Positions 6,480 through 15,014 of a stretch of 32,000 nucleotides of DNA are shown here, in pieces; the stretch's first letter is position 1, and every line of letters starts with the position of its first letter. The notes under the pieces are model-generated. The model saw only the letters and a list, made by a program, of their open reading frames with translations, did no database searches and was not told the origin of the DNA. The position numbers were made by a program, and so were the translations under genes. Source of the stretch: Candidatus Saccharimonas aalborgensis (GTDB lineage Bacteria > Patescibacteriota > Saccharimonadia > Saccharimonadales > Saccharimonadaceae); assembly GCF_000392435.1 (NCBI RefSeq), contig NC_021219.1:1-32000 (forward strand), read 5' to 3'.

Positions 6480-7526
6480 TTACACTGTCTGAGCCAAAGC
6501 AGCGTTGAGGATTGCTACTTCGCGACGTTTCATCATTTCAAGCCCAACTTTGCTACCATCTTCATCTGTAGTGGTCGCCGACTGAATCAGCCGAATTGCC
6601 TCGGCGTATGAAGGCACCCAGACGAGCTCCATTCCCTGAGCAGCTTCTTTTTGGGTAAGGTTCGTACCGACAAATTGATCTGTAAGTGCCCGATAACAGT
6701 AAGAGATTTGACGCATGCCATCAAAATAACGCTGCTCGATGACAACTCCCAGCGGGACAATAGTGTGAATAGTATACCCGGCTTCTTCCTGTACTTCACG
6801 CCGTAATCCATCCAAACGATCCTCATTCGTCTTAATACCGCCACCCGGTAATTTGTAGGAGCCGGTCTTAGTAAAGTGCATCAGGGCTATCTCACCCCGA
6901 CCATTTATAAGAACAACTCGCGCTGCATGACGAGTGTAGGACATCGCCCGGTCCTTTGGATCCACAAGCCCAAGCTCATGTTGATCTTGAGAAAGAATGA
7001 TCGGCAGTCCATCGGCACATGATCGTTCGATTATCGAGCAAATAAACCCACTTTTTGCCGCAGTATAGGCCTCCCTGTTATTTGCGTGCTGTTCGGCTAG
7101 TTGCCTCTTGAGAGCAGCATACTCCTCTCTTGCGTTACTGTGAGTACGTAAATAATTACGAAATGCAAGGACATCGGTATAAGCGGGGCTATCTTTTAGG
7201 ACGATGTGCAGGTAGTGGGTCCTGGCATGATCGGGTCCCTTGGGGACAAATATTTCCCAATCTTTGATCCGCTCGGGCATCCAGTGATACCCCAATGCCT
7301 CAAGTCCAGAGATATTTTGATATACTTCGTCAAATGAATCAACACCTATGAGGATATCAATGATCGGCTTGGCTACGAGACCCTGTACGGCCGTACTGCC
7401 TACGTGATGAATATCCTCACCCGAGAAGACGGGTTGAAGCAGCTCCTTTTCGTGCAAAAAGTCACTTGGCCAATCTCTACTGTAGTTGACCAGTTTCACC
7501 GTCTCCCTCGCGAGTCCAGCTGCCAT
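6480..7526 (-). CDS. GrpB-domain / NUDIX hydrolase fusion protein
   Basis: The N-terminal half has the GrpB (UPF0157) signature IHHVGSTAVQGLVAKPIIDILIGV. The C-terminal half has the NUDIX box GGGIKTNEDRLDGLRREVQEEAGY. Starts 21 nt after the fusA stop. Confidence 0.8.
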   Translation of the reverse strand: MAAGLARETVKLVNYSRDWPSDFLHEKELLQPVFSGEDIHHVGSTAVQGLVAKPIIDILIGVDSFDEVYQNISGLEALGYHWMPERIKDWEIFVPKGPDHARTHYLHIVLKDSPAYTDVLAFRNYLRTHSNAREEYAALKRQLAEQHANNREAYTAAKSGFICSIIERSCADGLPIILSQDQHELGLVDPKDRAMSYTRHAARVVLINGRGEIALMHFTKTGSYKLPGGGIKTNEDRLDGLRREVQEEAGYTIHTIVPLGVVIEQRYFDGMRQISYCYRALTDQFVGTNLTQKEAAQGMELVWVPSYAEAIRLIQSATTTDEDGSKVGLEMMKRREVAILNAALAQTV

Positions 7527-7547
7527 ACTACATTGTTTCTCGAGCTA

Positions 7548-9635
7548 CTACTTCGATCGCTTCTCAATAATCTCTTGAGCAACGTTTGGTGGTACTTCCT
7601 CGTAGTGGGCAAGTTCCATTGTGCTAGCGGCACGACCCTGTGACATACTGCGGATGTCACCGGTATAACCAAACATATTTGCCAGCGGAACGATTGCTTT
7701 GACGAGTTTTGCTCCGCCCATGAGGTCCTCCATGGCTTCAATGCGACCACGACGGCTGTTGAGGTCACCGATGATATCACCCATGAACTCCTCAGGTGTG
7801 GTGACTTCGACATGCATCACAGGCTCGAGAATAATTGGGGTCGCTTGCTTGATACCGTCCCTTGCGGCAAGCGCACCAGCGAGCATAAAGGCCAATTCGC
7901 TCGAGTCAACATCGTGATAACTACCGTCGTAGAGTGTCGCCTTGACGTCGACGACAGGATAGCCAGCAATGACACCACTTTCGAGGGTCTCGCGGATACC
8001 TTTTTGGACAGCGGGTCGGTACTCCTGCGGAACGACACCGCCCTTGATCTCGTCGATAAACTCGAAGCCCTTTCCAGGCTCATTTGCTTCAAACTTAACC
8101 CATACATCACCATACTGTCCACGACCACCTGATTGCTTGGCATGCTTACCCTGGACTTGGCTAGTCCCCTTGATCGTCTCACGGAAGGCGACTTGCGGTT
8201 CACCGACATTTGCCTCGACGTTGAACTCACGTTTCATGCGGTCGATGAGGATCTCGAGATGAAGCTCACCCATGCCCGACATAATCGTCTGGCCTGTTTC
8301 GTCATCAGTGTGAATGCGGAAGGTTGGGTCTTCTTCGGCGAGGCGCTGCAAAGCGATACCCATTTTTTCCTGGTCGGCTTTGGTCTTTGGCTCGACGGCG
8401 ATACTGACAGGCGGCTCAGGAAATGTAATGGCCTCGAGTGCGATAGGATGAGCTGGATCACTTAGTGTGTGGCCGGTAAAGGTCGTCTTGAGGCCAACCA
8501 CGGCTGCGATATCACCTGCACCAATCTTATCGACATCCTCACGCTTGTCGGCATGCATACGGACGATACGGCCAACTCGCTCTTTTTCGCCAGAGGTGGT
8601 GTTGAGCACATAGCTTCCAGCCGTCAACACGCCAGAGTAGACACGAACGAAGATAAGTTTTCCGACAAATGGGTCAGTTGCGATCTTGAAGGCAAGAGCA
8701 GCCATTGGCTCTTTGTCGTCAGGCTTACGACTAATTTCATCACCTGTTTTGGGATTCTTTCCCCAAATTGCGTCAACATCGAGAGGACTTGGCAAGTAAT
8801 CAACCATGAGGTCGAGAACCTTCTCAACAATCACTCCGCGACCATCACCACCAGTGACAAGATAGAAGTCACCGGCCAGGACACGCTTGCGCAGCGCGCT
8901 CTTAAGCTCATCAACCGAGATTGCTTCCTCGCCATGCTCAAAGAACTTCTCCATAAGTGCATCGTCTGCCTCGACTGCGGCTTCCACGAGGAGACTACGA
9001 GCATTCTTTGCCTTTTCGTGCATATCTGCAGGAATCTCGCCCTGAACGAGCTCATGATCGGTAAAGTCGGTGTAGGTATACGCCTTCATATCGACAAGGT
9101 CGATGACGCCGTTGATGTCTTTTTCGAACCCAATTGGCAAGTGAATCGGCAGGGCATTCTTGCTGAGACGGCTATGGATAGACTCGAGCGACTTGTAGAA
9201 ATCACCACCGATCTGGTTGATCTTGTTGATGAAACAGATGCGGGGCACACCATACTTGTTTGCTTGACGCCAGACAGTTTCAGATTGCGCTTCCACGCCC
9301 ATTTTGCCATCAAACACCGTCACCGCGCCGTCCAGAACGCGAAGCGAACGCTCAACTTCAGCGGTAAAGTCAATGTGACCGGGAGTATCGATAATGTTGA
9401 TCTTGTGGCCCTTCCAGAAACAAGTCACGGCGGCAGAGGTAATGGTGATACCGCGCTCACGCTCCTGCTCCATCCAGTCAGTCGTCGTCTCACCATCGTG
9501 CACAGCACCGATCTTGTGGCTAAGACCAGTTCGATACAAAATCCCCTCTGTTGTCGTGGTTTTGCCGGCATCGATGTGTGCAATAATACCGATATTACGA
9601 AAGTCCTTGAGTGGGACGTTGGTTGGAGTTGCCAT
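7548..9635 (-). CDS. fusA: Elongation factor G
   Basis: 695 aa. G1 [22 protein letters not shown], and full-length EF-G domain pattern. AAGGA SD. Confidence 0.97.
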   Translation of the reverse strand: MATPTNVPLKDFRNIGIIAHIDAGKTTTTEGILYRTGLSHKIGAVHDGETTTDWMEQERERGITITSAAVTCFWKGHKINIIDTPGHIDFTAEVERSLRVLDGAVTVFDGKMGVEAQSETVWRQANKYGVPRICFINKINQIGGDFYKSLESIHSRLSKNALPIHLPIGFEKDINGVIDLVDMKAYTYTDFTDHELVQGEIPADMHEKAKNARSLLVEAAVEADDALMEKFFEHGEEAISVDELKSALRKRVLAGDFYLVTGGDGRGVIVEKVLDLMVDYLPSPLDVDAIWGKNPKTGDEISRKPDDKEPMAALAFKIATDPFVGKLIFVRVYSGVLTAGSYVLNTTSGEKERVGRIVRMHADKREDVDKIGAGDIAAVVGLKTTFTGHTLSDPAHPIALEAITFPEPPVSIAVEPKTKADQEKMGIALQRLAEEDPTFRIHTDDETGQTIMSGMGELHLEILIDRMKREFNVEANVGEPQVAFRETIKGTSQVQGKHAKQSGGRGQYGDVWVKFEANEPGKGFEFIDEIKGGVVPQEYRPAVQKGIRETLESGVIAGYPVVDVKATLYDGSYHDVDSSELAFMLAGALAARDGIKQATPIILEPVMHVEVTTPEEFMGDIIGDLNSRRGRIEAMEDLMGGAKLVKAIVPLANMFGYTGDIRSMSQGRAASTMELAHYEEVPPNVAQEIIEKRSK

Positions 9636-9718
9636 AGGGGTTCCTTGCTCTAAATGTGGAGCGACTTAACTAATAGTTTTTGCTGTTTTTTGCCATAACG
9701 AAACAGCACTTACTATCA

Positions 9719-9747
9719 ACTATACCACAAGAAGCTCATCCTGGCTA
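9719..9747 (-). promoter_or_regulatory. Possible fusA promoter (TAGCCA-N17-TGgTATAGT)
   Basis: Reverse complement has the extended -10 TGGTATAGT (9727-9719) and a weak -35 TAGCCA (9747-9742). An 8-bp hairpin (9681-9708) lies in the predicted 5' UTR. Confidence 0.35.
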
Positions 9748-9754
9748 GCGATCG

Positions 9755-10420
9755 CTACATATCTGTCGGAAGTAGTTTTTCGATACAGACACTGTCGGTA
9801 TTTTTGAGAATGAAAACTACTTCATCCAATTCTTCCCGAGACTGAGGCTCAAGTGCAGTATCGTATACACTGCTTTTGCCAACCAAAAATCCGCATGTTA
9901 GGCGAGCTTCACCAAGTTCGATCAAAACAGGACCTTTTATTGTACCGACGATCATTTTGCCCGAGGAGAGGGGTAAAACTGTGTCGATAGCATCTGACCG
10001 ACCAGGGGAAAGAGAGCAGACTGATACTCCATCACCTATTATTTTTACTTGATCGCCAGCACAGAGATGGAGCATGTCAGCAAATTCAATCGTTAGTATC
10101 TGTTTGATGGCTTCTCGATCAGAGAGAGATAACTGTCGCGGCGCCCCTTGTTGCCCAGCTGCAAGCAACGCTTCCAAAAGACTATGTACTGCGAGAACTT
10201 CACGCGTCACATCAAGAGTATACTGTTCAAGGGCAGCATCATAGCCGTCAACTTGTACCTCAATGGGTTCATGTCGAGCAATGTCTGCAAAGGCAATTTC
10301 CTCTCTACTGGCCGCCTCAAGTCTTGGGAGCAAGAATGGATCGTTCGCCAACTGCCAGCGTATTATGCCATCAAACCGTTGCTCATCATCTCCAGGACGC
10401 TCAGCCAAGACGCTCGGCAT
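9755..10420 (-). CDS. Hypothetical acidic 221-aa protein (cassette protein C)
   Basis: GAGGAGG SD 9 nt upstream of the ATG. 15 nt after the stop of the 786-aa gene. The C-terminal half resembles the type-2 module of the two upstream proteins (see findings). Confidence 0.7.
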   Translation of the reverse strand: MPSVLAERPGDDEQRFDGIIRWQLANDPFLLPRLEAASREEIAFADIARHEPIEVQVDGYDAALEQYTLDVTREVLAVHSLLEALLAAGQQGAPRQLSLSDREAIKQILTIEFADMLHLCAGDQVKIIGDGVSVCSLSPGRSDAIDTVLPLSSGKMIVGTIKGPVLIELGEARLTCGFLVGKSSVYDTALEPQSREELDEVVFILKNTDSVCIEKLLPTDM

Positions 10421-10435
10421 CAGGCAATGCCTCCT

Positions 10436-12796
10436 CTAGATGAGTAGTTGTTCGATCTGGCTAAACGGGACATACCGCACCTGCTCTTTCTCACTTTCGG
10501 TAATAGAATAGACAACGAGGATAGGCTCGATGGTCTCAAGTGCTCGGTACCCATAGATGACGTCGACAACACCGCAGGCGTATCCCGTATCGTTTGGATC
10601 AGTGCTCTCGTCCATAGGCGCACGTCCCCCATCTGGCTCATAGACACCGCCCTTGATAACAAGTCCTCTATCGGGGGTGAGGAGATCACGCAACACACGT
10701 GCTACCACATGACCAACTCGTTCCATAGTTGCCACTTTTACAGGATCAGACTCATCTCTAGACAGTGCAAGATGACGACACATTTCTTTTAATTGATCGA
10801 GAGAGCTGAGTGCTTTTAGCTCATGGAGAACTTCTACTTGACAGAGTTCTGCTTGGACCTGTCGCAGCACCTCCTCTATCTCGGTATGATCGCTTAGCTC
10901 ACCATTACCCGCCCAGTTCGACAGTGCGTCCTCGCGATTCCGGATTACTTCTAGTTCAGGAATACGGAAGTAGACCGACTTGTCTAGAGATACTTGGATA
11001 TATTTACGCACGTCGACGACGGCGATTGGCATCATTGTGCTACCTTCGAGTGTCAGTTGTGTCCCGGCGTTTGCCTTGACATCACGAAGCAGCATACCAA
11101 CCCGAAAACTGTAGATGTCTTTCTCGTCATTTTCGCTACGGAAACATTTTACTTCCTCATAGATGCCGCATTGTGAGGTAGTAATATTCCCAGCGACAAG
11201 TTGTGTGCCTTTCATTACAATACTGAACTCATGTTCCCTTGAATCACCGATAATAGAGAGAGTTGACTGGGGCACTAAAACCCCTTCGCCAAATACTTCT
11301 ATCAGCACCTCGATGGTGTCATAAAACTTTCCAAACGCAGCAATCATAAGGTTGAGCTCACGCATGGTTGCCAAAAACTCATCTCGATCTGAAAACGTTT
11401 TTGCACTGAGTTCTCGACAGCGCTCAGCAAAAAGGTTCAGGGCATGTTCGGCTTTCTCGAGGGTTTCACGTTTTGTTTCTCCGAGAAGTTCCTGAGCCAT
11501 CGCCAAAACAACCCCCGGATCGATCGCCTCAGCGACTTCATCCTCCGCAGCCTGTTCGGCAGCGAATAGCTCGACGAGAGACTCTGTGTCTTGAAACGCT
11601 GATCCGTCAGCAGCTACCTCTGGCACTTCGTTTTCCCCATCTGCATGTTCGACGGCAGTATCGACGTGCCGAAATGGCAGTTTCGCTGGGTCTGGTCGTG
11701 TTGTCTGATAGTTAATAACGGCATCAGCTGTAAAAAAGTATGGTGTCCTGCCGCCATCACGTTCGGGCACGGCTTCTAACGCGTGAAATGCTGGTAGATA
11801 GGTTATCTCGGTATCATAATCACCTGTTCCTGCTTGTTCCCATAATCGCATGCCTTTAACGTAGAGAATTCGAGGTCGGGTGTCATAATGTGGCCGAACA
11901 ATCGGTTCCAGGTCAGCCAATTTTCCAACAATTTTCCCGCCAATCCAAAAGAAATATGGCTCAGTCCCATCAAAATCAAGTTGGCGAGTAAGATAGCGCT
12001 CAAGCATGTCAATGATACTTATCCTGGTATGGCCAGCACCGTTGACCTTTTGCCAGTCAATCGTAATGGCAAAATCATCAAGTGCTCGCATGATCGCCTT
12101 TTCACGATTCTTAGCATAGTTAATTCGTTCGATCATTGCGTCAATTTGTTTTTTTATATCAGGTAGCAGCTCAGTGATTTCTCGTTCTTCGGAGCGATCA
12201 GACATATGCGGTAATTGAATATTTTCGATATCACCAATCTGGAGAGTAAACCACGCTGTGTCTTCGGGGTAATCCTCCGCCTTGGAGAAATCAAGCACCA
12301 GGTGGCGATAGGTCCCAGGTAGAAGTCCGTCGATGCTCTCGAAACCCCTTATCTCAGTTGTTTGCTCATTAAATCCAATCAAATGGAGCGGAAAATGCGT
12401 AACCTTGTAGTGCTGACCCCTCAGATCAAGTTCAAGCTCAGGAAATACATCATCAAATAACTCTTCAACATCTTTTTCGGTATCTCTTAGGTAATCGGTC
12501 AAGAAGGTCGTATGACGAATCCGACCGGTGACCATAACTGTCGCCTGTTGATAGCCTAGCTCACGAAGCTCAACATTGAGATCAACGAGAAGTCGTTGAA
12601 TCTCTTCCTCGGTCACATCGCCTCTGTTGATTTGAAGCTCAACCTGCTCGGCTTTTTTTAGCAAGGCCGCGAACCCTGCATCGAACTGTTCCCTTACATC
12701 GGGAGAGGTTTGCCACTCAGAGGCCACGATGGCGTCAAAAACTTCTGATTTCTTTTGGCTATCATCATCAGAAGGTGGCATTTCCATCACTGTCAT
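10436..12796 (-). CDS. Hypothetical acidic 786-aa protein (cassette protein B), internally duplicated
   Basis: Long uninterrupted ORF with no catalytic motif I recognise. Looks like two copies of the unit found once in the upstream protein. Confidence 0.75.
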   Translation of the reverse strand: MTVMEMPPSDDDSQKKSEVFDAIVASEWQTSPDVREQFDAGFAALLKKAEQVELQINRGDVTEEEIQRLLVDLNVELRELGYQQATVMVTGRIRHTTFLTDYLRDTEKDVEELFDDVFPELELDLRGQHYKVTHFPLHLIGFNEQTTEIRGFESIDGLLPGTYRHLVLDFSKAEDYPEDTAWFTLQIGDIENIQLPHMSDRSEEREITELLPDIKKQIDAMIERINYAKNREKAIMRALDDFAITIDWQKVNGAGHTRISIIDMLERYLTRQLDFDGTEPYFFWIGGKIVGKLADLEPIVRPHYDTRPRILYVKGMRLWEQAGTGDYDTEITYLPAFHALEAVPERDGGRTPYFFTADAVINYQTTRPDPAKLPFRHVDTAVEHADGENEVPEVAADGSAFQDTESLVELFAAEQAAEDEVAEAIDPGVVLAMAQELLGETKRETLEKAEHALNLFAERCRELSAKTFSDRDEFLATMRELNLMIAAFGKFYDTIEVLIEVFGEGVLVPQSTLSIIGDSREHEFSIVMKGTQLVAGNITTSQCGIYEEVKCFRSENDEKDIYSFRVGMLLRDVKANAGTQLTLEGSTMMPIAVVDVRKYIQVSLDKSVYFRIPELEVIRNREDALSNWAGNGELSDHTEIEEVLRQVQAELCQVEVLHELKALSSLDQLKEMCRHLALSRDESDPVKVATMERVGHVVARVLRDLLTPDRGLVIKGGVYEPDGGRAPMDESTDPNDTGYACGVVDVIYGYRALETIEPILVVYSITESEKEQVRYVPFSQIEQLLI

Positions 12797-12844
12797 ATGC
12801 CCTAGTAAATAGAGGAACCACCTCTATTGCAAGCATAGCCGCTA

Positions 12845-13804
12845 TCATGTTGGCTTGAGTAAGTCATAGAGAAGCTCTCGTGATGACCGAAGCTGCACGA
12901 CAGCGCTCGCCGGTACTTCCCTATGAATATCATCTCCTGTCTCAGGCAGAAACGTTACTTCGATGAAAGGTACGGCGATATGATGCGCTTTGTCCAGATC
13001 ATCCGAGCCCGGGAGAACACTCATACGGATTGATTTGTAGCGGAAAAAGCCGACAAATGGCCCTTTGGTTTGTCCAGGATGGACAGGCTCGCTCTGTTGT
13101 AAATAGTCACCCGAAAATGCCATAAGGTACGGAAAATCTCTATTGCCAATCGTCCGTTGGTTGATGACCTCCTGGATGTCTTGAAGACGCTGCATGCTTG
13201 CTTCGTCGGTCGGGACAAACTCGATAGCATAGCTCGCTAGCGCCGGTAGAATGGTTTCGAGCGATCCAGCTTCTGGCAGGTGCTGCTCAAGTCTCGCTAG
13301 CTCATTTGGGTGAAAATAACGTAGCCGACGTTCACCGCCATCAGGGTCAAAGCGAGAAAAATCATATTTGAGGCTGCCGATAACTGATTCACCTCTCGCA
13401 ATAGAGCTCGTCGAACCGGGCACGCTAAAGATATGCACGATCTGTCTGCCTGGCAAAGCGGTGATTTCCTCAGTGTTTGGCTGAACATCATCAATGGCAA
13501 ACCCCAGGCTAACGACAGGCATAGAATCAAACATGCGTATTTCGACATGCCCAACGTGCGGATTCATAAACCATGCCGATCCAGTTGCCGGCAACAAAGC
13601 ACCGTAAATACCGATGGCTCGCCATTCGTCATCAAGTTCAGCTATGAGTGAAGTTAGCTCTTCCTCTGAAAAGCACTGTCGATCGGCTCGCAGCATGGTA
13701 TTGAAATCGCGTATATGACCATACAGCTCGTGTACTTTTTTTGGCAACATAACAGCTTCGAGCGATTCAATTGGATCAATATTTCTTCGTTGCACCTCTG
13801 CCAT
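12845..13804 (-). CDS. Hypothetical acidic about 319-aa protein (cassette protein A); start uncertain
   Basis: The ORF extends to 13936, but that extension overlaps the divergent gene start at 13903. ATG 13804 (MAEVQRRNIDP...) leaves a 98-bp divergent promoter region. No clear SD at any candidate start. Confidence 0.65.
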   Translation of the reverse strand: MAEVQRRNIDPIESLEAVMLPKKVHELYGHIRDFNTMLRADRQCFSEEELTSLIAELDDEWRAIGIYGALLPATGSAWFMNPHVGHVEIRMFDSMPVVSLGFAIDDVQPNTEEITALPGRQIVHIFSVPGSTSSIARGESVIGSLKYDFSRFDPDGGERRLRYFHPNELARLEQHLPEAGSLETILPALASYAIEFVPTDEASMQRLQDIQEVINQRTIGNRDFPYLMAFSGDYLQQSEPVHPGQTKGPFVGFFRYKSIRMSVLPGSDDLDKAHHIAVPFIEVTFLPETGDDIHREVPASAVVQLRSSRELLYDLLKPT

Positions 13805-13876
13805 AGTATCTGTATTAAATCTTGTAAGGATCCTCAGAGCAAGCGTAAACAGTTCGCTAATAGCGATAGAGTATCC

Positions 13877-13882
13877 TATAAT
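13877..13882 (+). promoter_or_regulatory. -10 box TATAAT for the 13903 gene
   Basis: TATAAT lies 20 nt upstream of ATG 13903, with a GGAG SD (13892-13895) between. The -35 is weak. Confidence 0.4.
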
Positions 13883-13902
13883 GATCAGCATGGAGTAATC
13901 CC

Positions 13903-15009
13903 ATGAGTACCAATGTAGAGTCAAAACCGACATCATGGATTGATCGCCTCAGAGGACGTAAGTTCATGAGGAAAATTGGTGCGGGGGCCATGGCTGTCCA
14001 GGCTATCACCGGCATTACATCAGAGATGGGATTTTCGTTGATGCCAAGCGCGGTCTATTCTTACGCCGAGACCGATGAGGCTAAGACCTACACCCCAAAC
14101 ACTTTCTGTATCTTCCTCCCCGGGAGAGGAATTACTCGACTGGCGCGCGACTTTGCGGATGCCTATCAGCCTACAACCAGACAGTATTGTCGGAGCACCG
14201 TCTTGGAATATAGCGAGGGAGGGATAAGTGAAAAAGAGCTTGAGCATAGCATCCGGCGATATGTCAACGACCACGCCATACCAGACAGACCTATTCAGCT
14301 CGTGGTAATTGCATCAAGTATGGGCGGTAACGTGGCAGTTCCGGTTTTTGGTGCTATCGCTAGAGATACCGAAAATACCTCCCAGCCAATTTCTACTCGT
14401 GGACTGCTTCTCGATTCTTCACCGGCCGGAACAATTAGCCTCAAAGGTCCGATCCAAGGATTTGCCGTCGGTACAATGTCAGGACTTCAAGGAAAACCTG
14501 TTCATGGTATTTTTGAACCGCCGCTGCGCGTTGGATTTGAGTTTGCATCAAGGGCTGTCAATCATGATTTTCCCGAATCGGCTTCCACCGTTTTTTCCTA
14601 TCTAGAGGATGGCGTCCGAGTTGCAAATGAAACACGGGGTCGGCTTGATATGGATGAAATGAATATTATTAATAACTTCGATCCAGATAAGCAAGACTAT
14701 GGGTTTCTCAAAAAAGCCAATGCAGTAATTGTTTACACTCATGCCGATACGGAAGCGGCGGATGTAACTGTACAGTGGTCGGTGGCAAGTTGGCTATGGA
14801 AAACTGCACTCGCTCGTCAACAAATTAGTATGGGCGAAATAGCCATCAAAGACGGTAGACATGCAAATCCAAACACTGCACCAGACCCATACAACCAAGC
14901 GTTACTCTCACTTCTAAAACAAACAGGTCTACCGAGTATCGCCGATCTGCGACGCGAGGAGTTCTACGACCACTTTGATCGAGTTGGAAACGATAGATTG
15001 CCTAGTTAG
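13903..15009 (+). CDS. Putative secreted alpha/beta-fold hydrolase (esterase/lipase-like)
   Basis: N-terminal basic and hydrophobic signal-like segment RLRGRKFMRKIGAGAMAVQAITG. Nucleophile-elbow-like VVIASSMGGNV (AxSxG). 368 aa. Confidence 0.6.
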   Translation: MSTNVESKPTSWIDRLRGRKFMRKIGAGAMAVQAITGITSEMGFSLMPSAVYSYAETDEAKTYTPNTFCIFLPGRGITRLARDFADAYQPTTRQYCRSTVLEYSEGGISEKELEHSIRRYVNDHAIPDRPIQLVVIASSMGGNVAVPVFGAIARDTENTSQPISTRGLLLDSSPAGTISLKGPIQGFAVGTMSGLQGKPVHGIFEPPLRVGFEFASRAVNHDFPESASTVFSYLEDGVRVANETRGRLDMDEMNIINNFDPDKQDYGFLKKANAVIVYTHADTEAADVTVQWSVASWLWKTALARQQISMGEIAIKDGRHANPNTAPDPYNQALLSLLKQTGLPSIADLRREEFYDHFDRVGNDRLPS

Positions 15010-15014
15010 GGGGG

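Noticed and set aside
8469-9653. 394-aa plus-strand ORF, plus many smaller ORFs, antisense to fusA
   Set aside because: It lies entirely within the unambiguous EF-G coding region. The protein looks low-complexity and non-native. Long antisense ORFs are a common codon-bias artefact.
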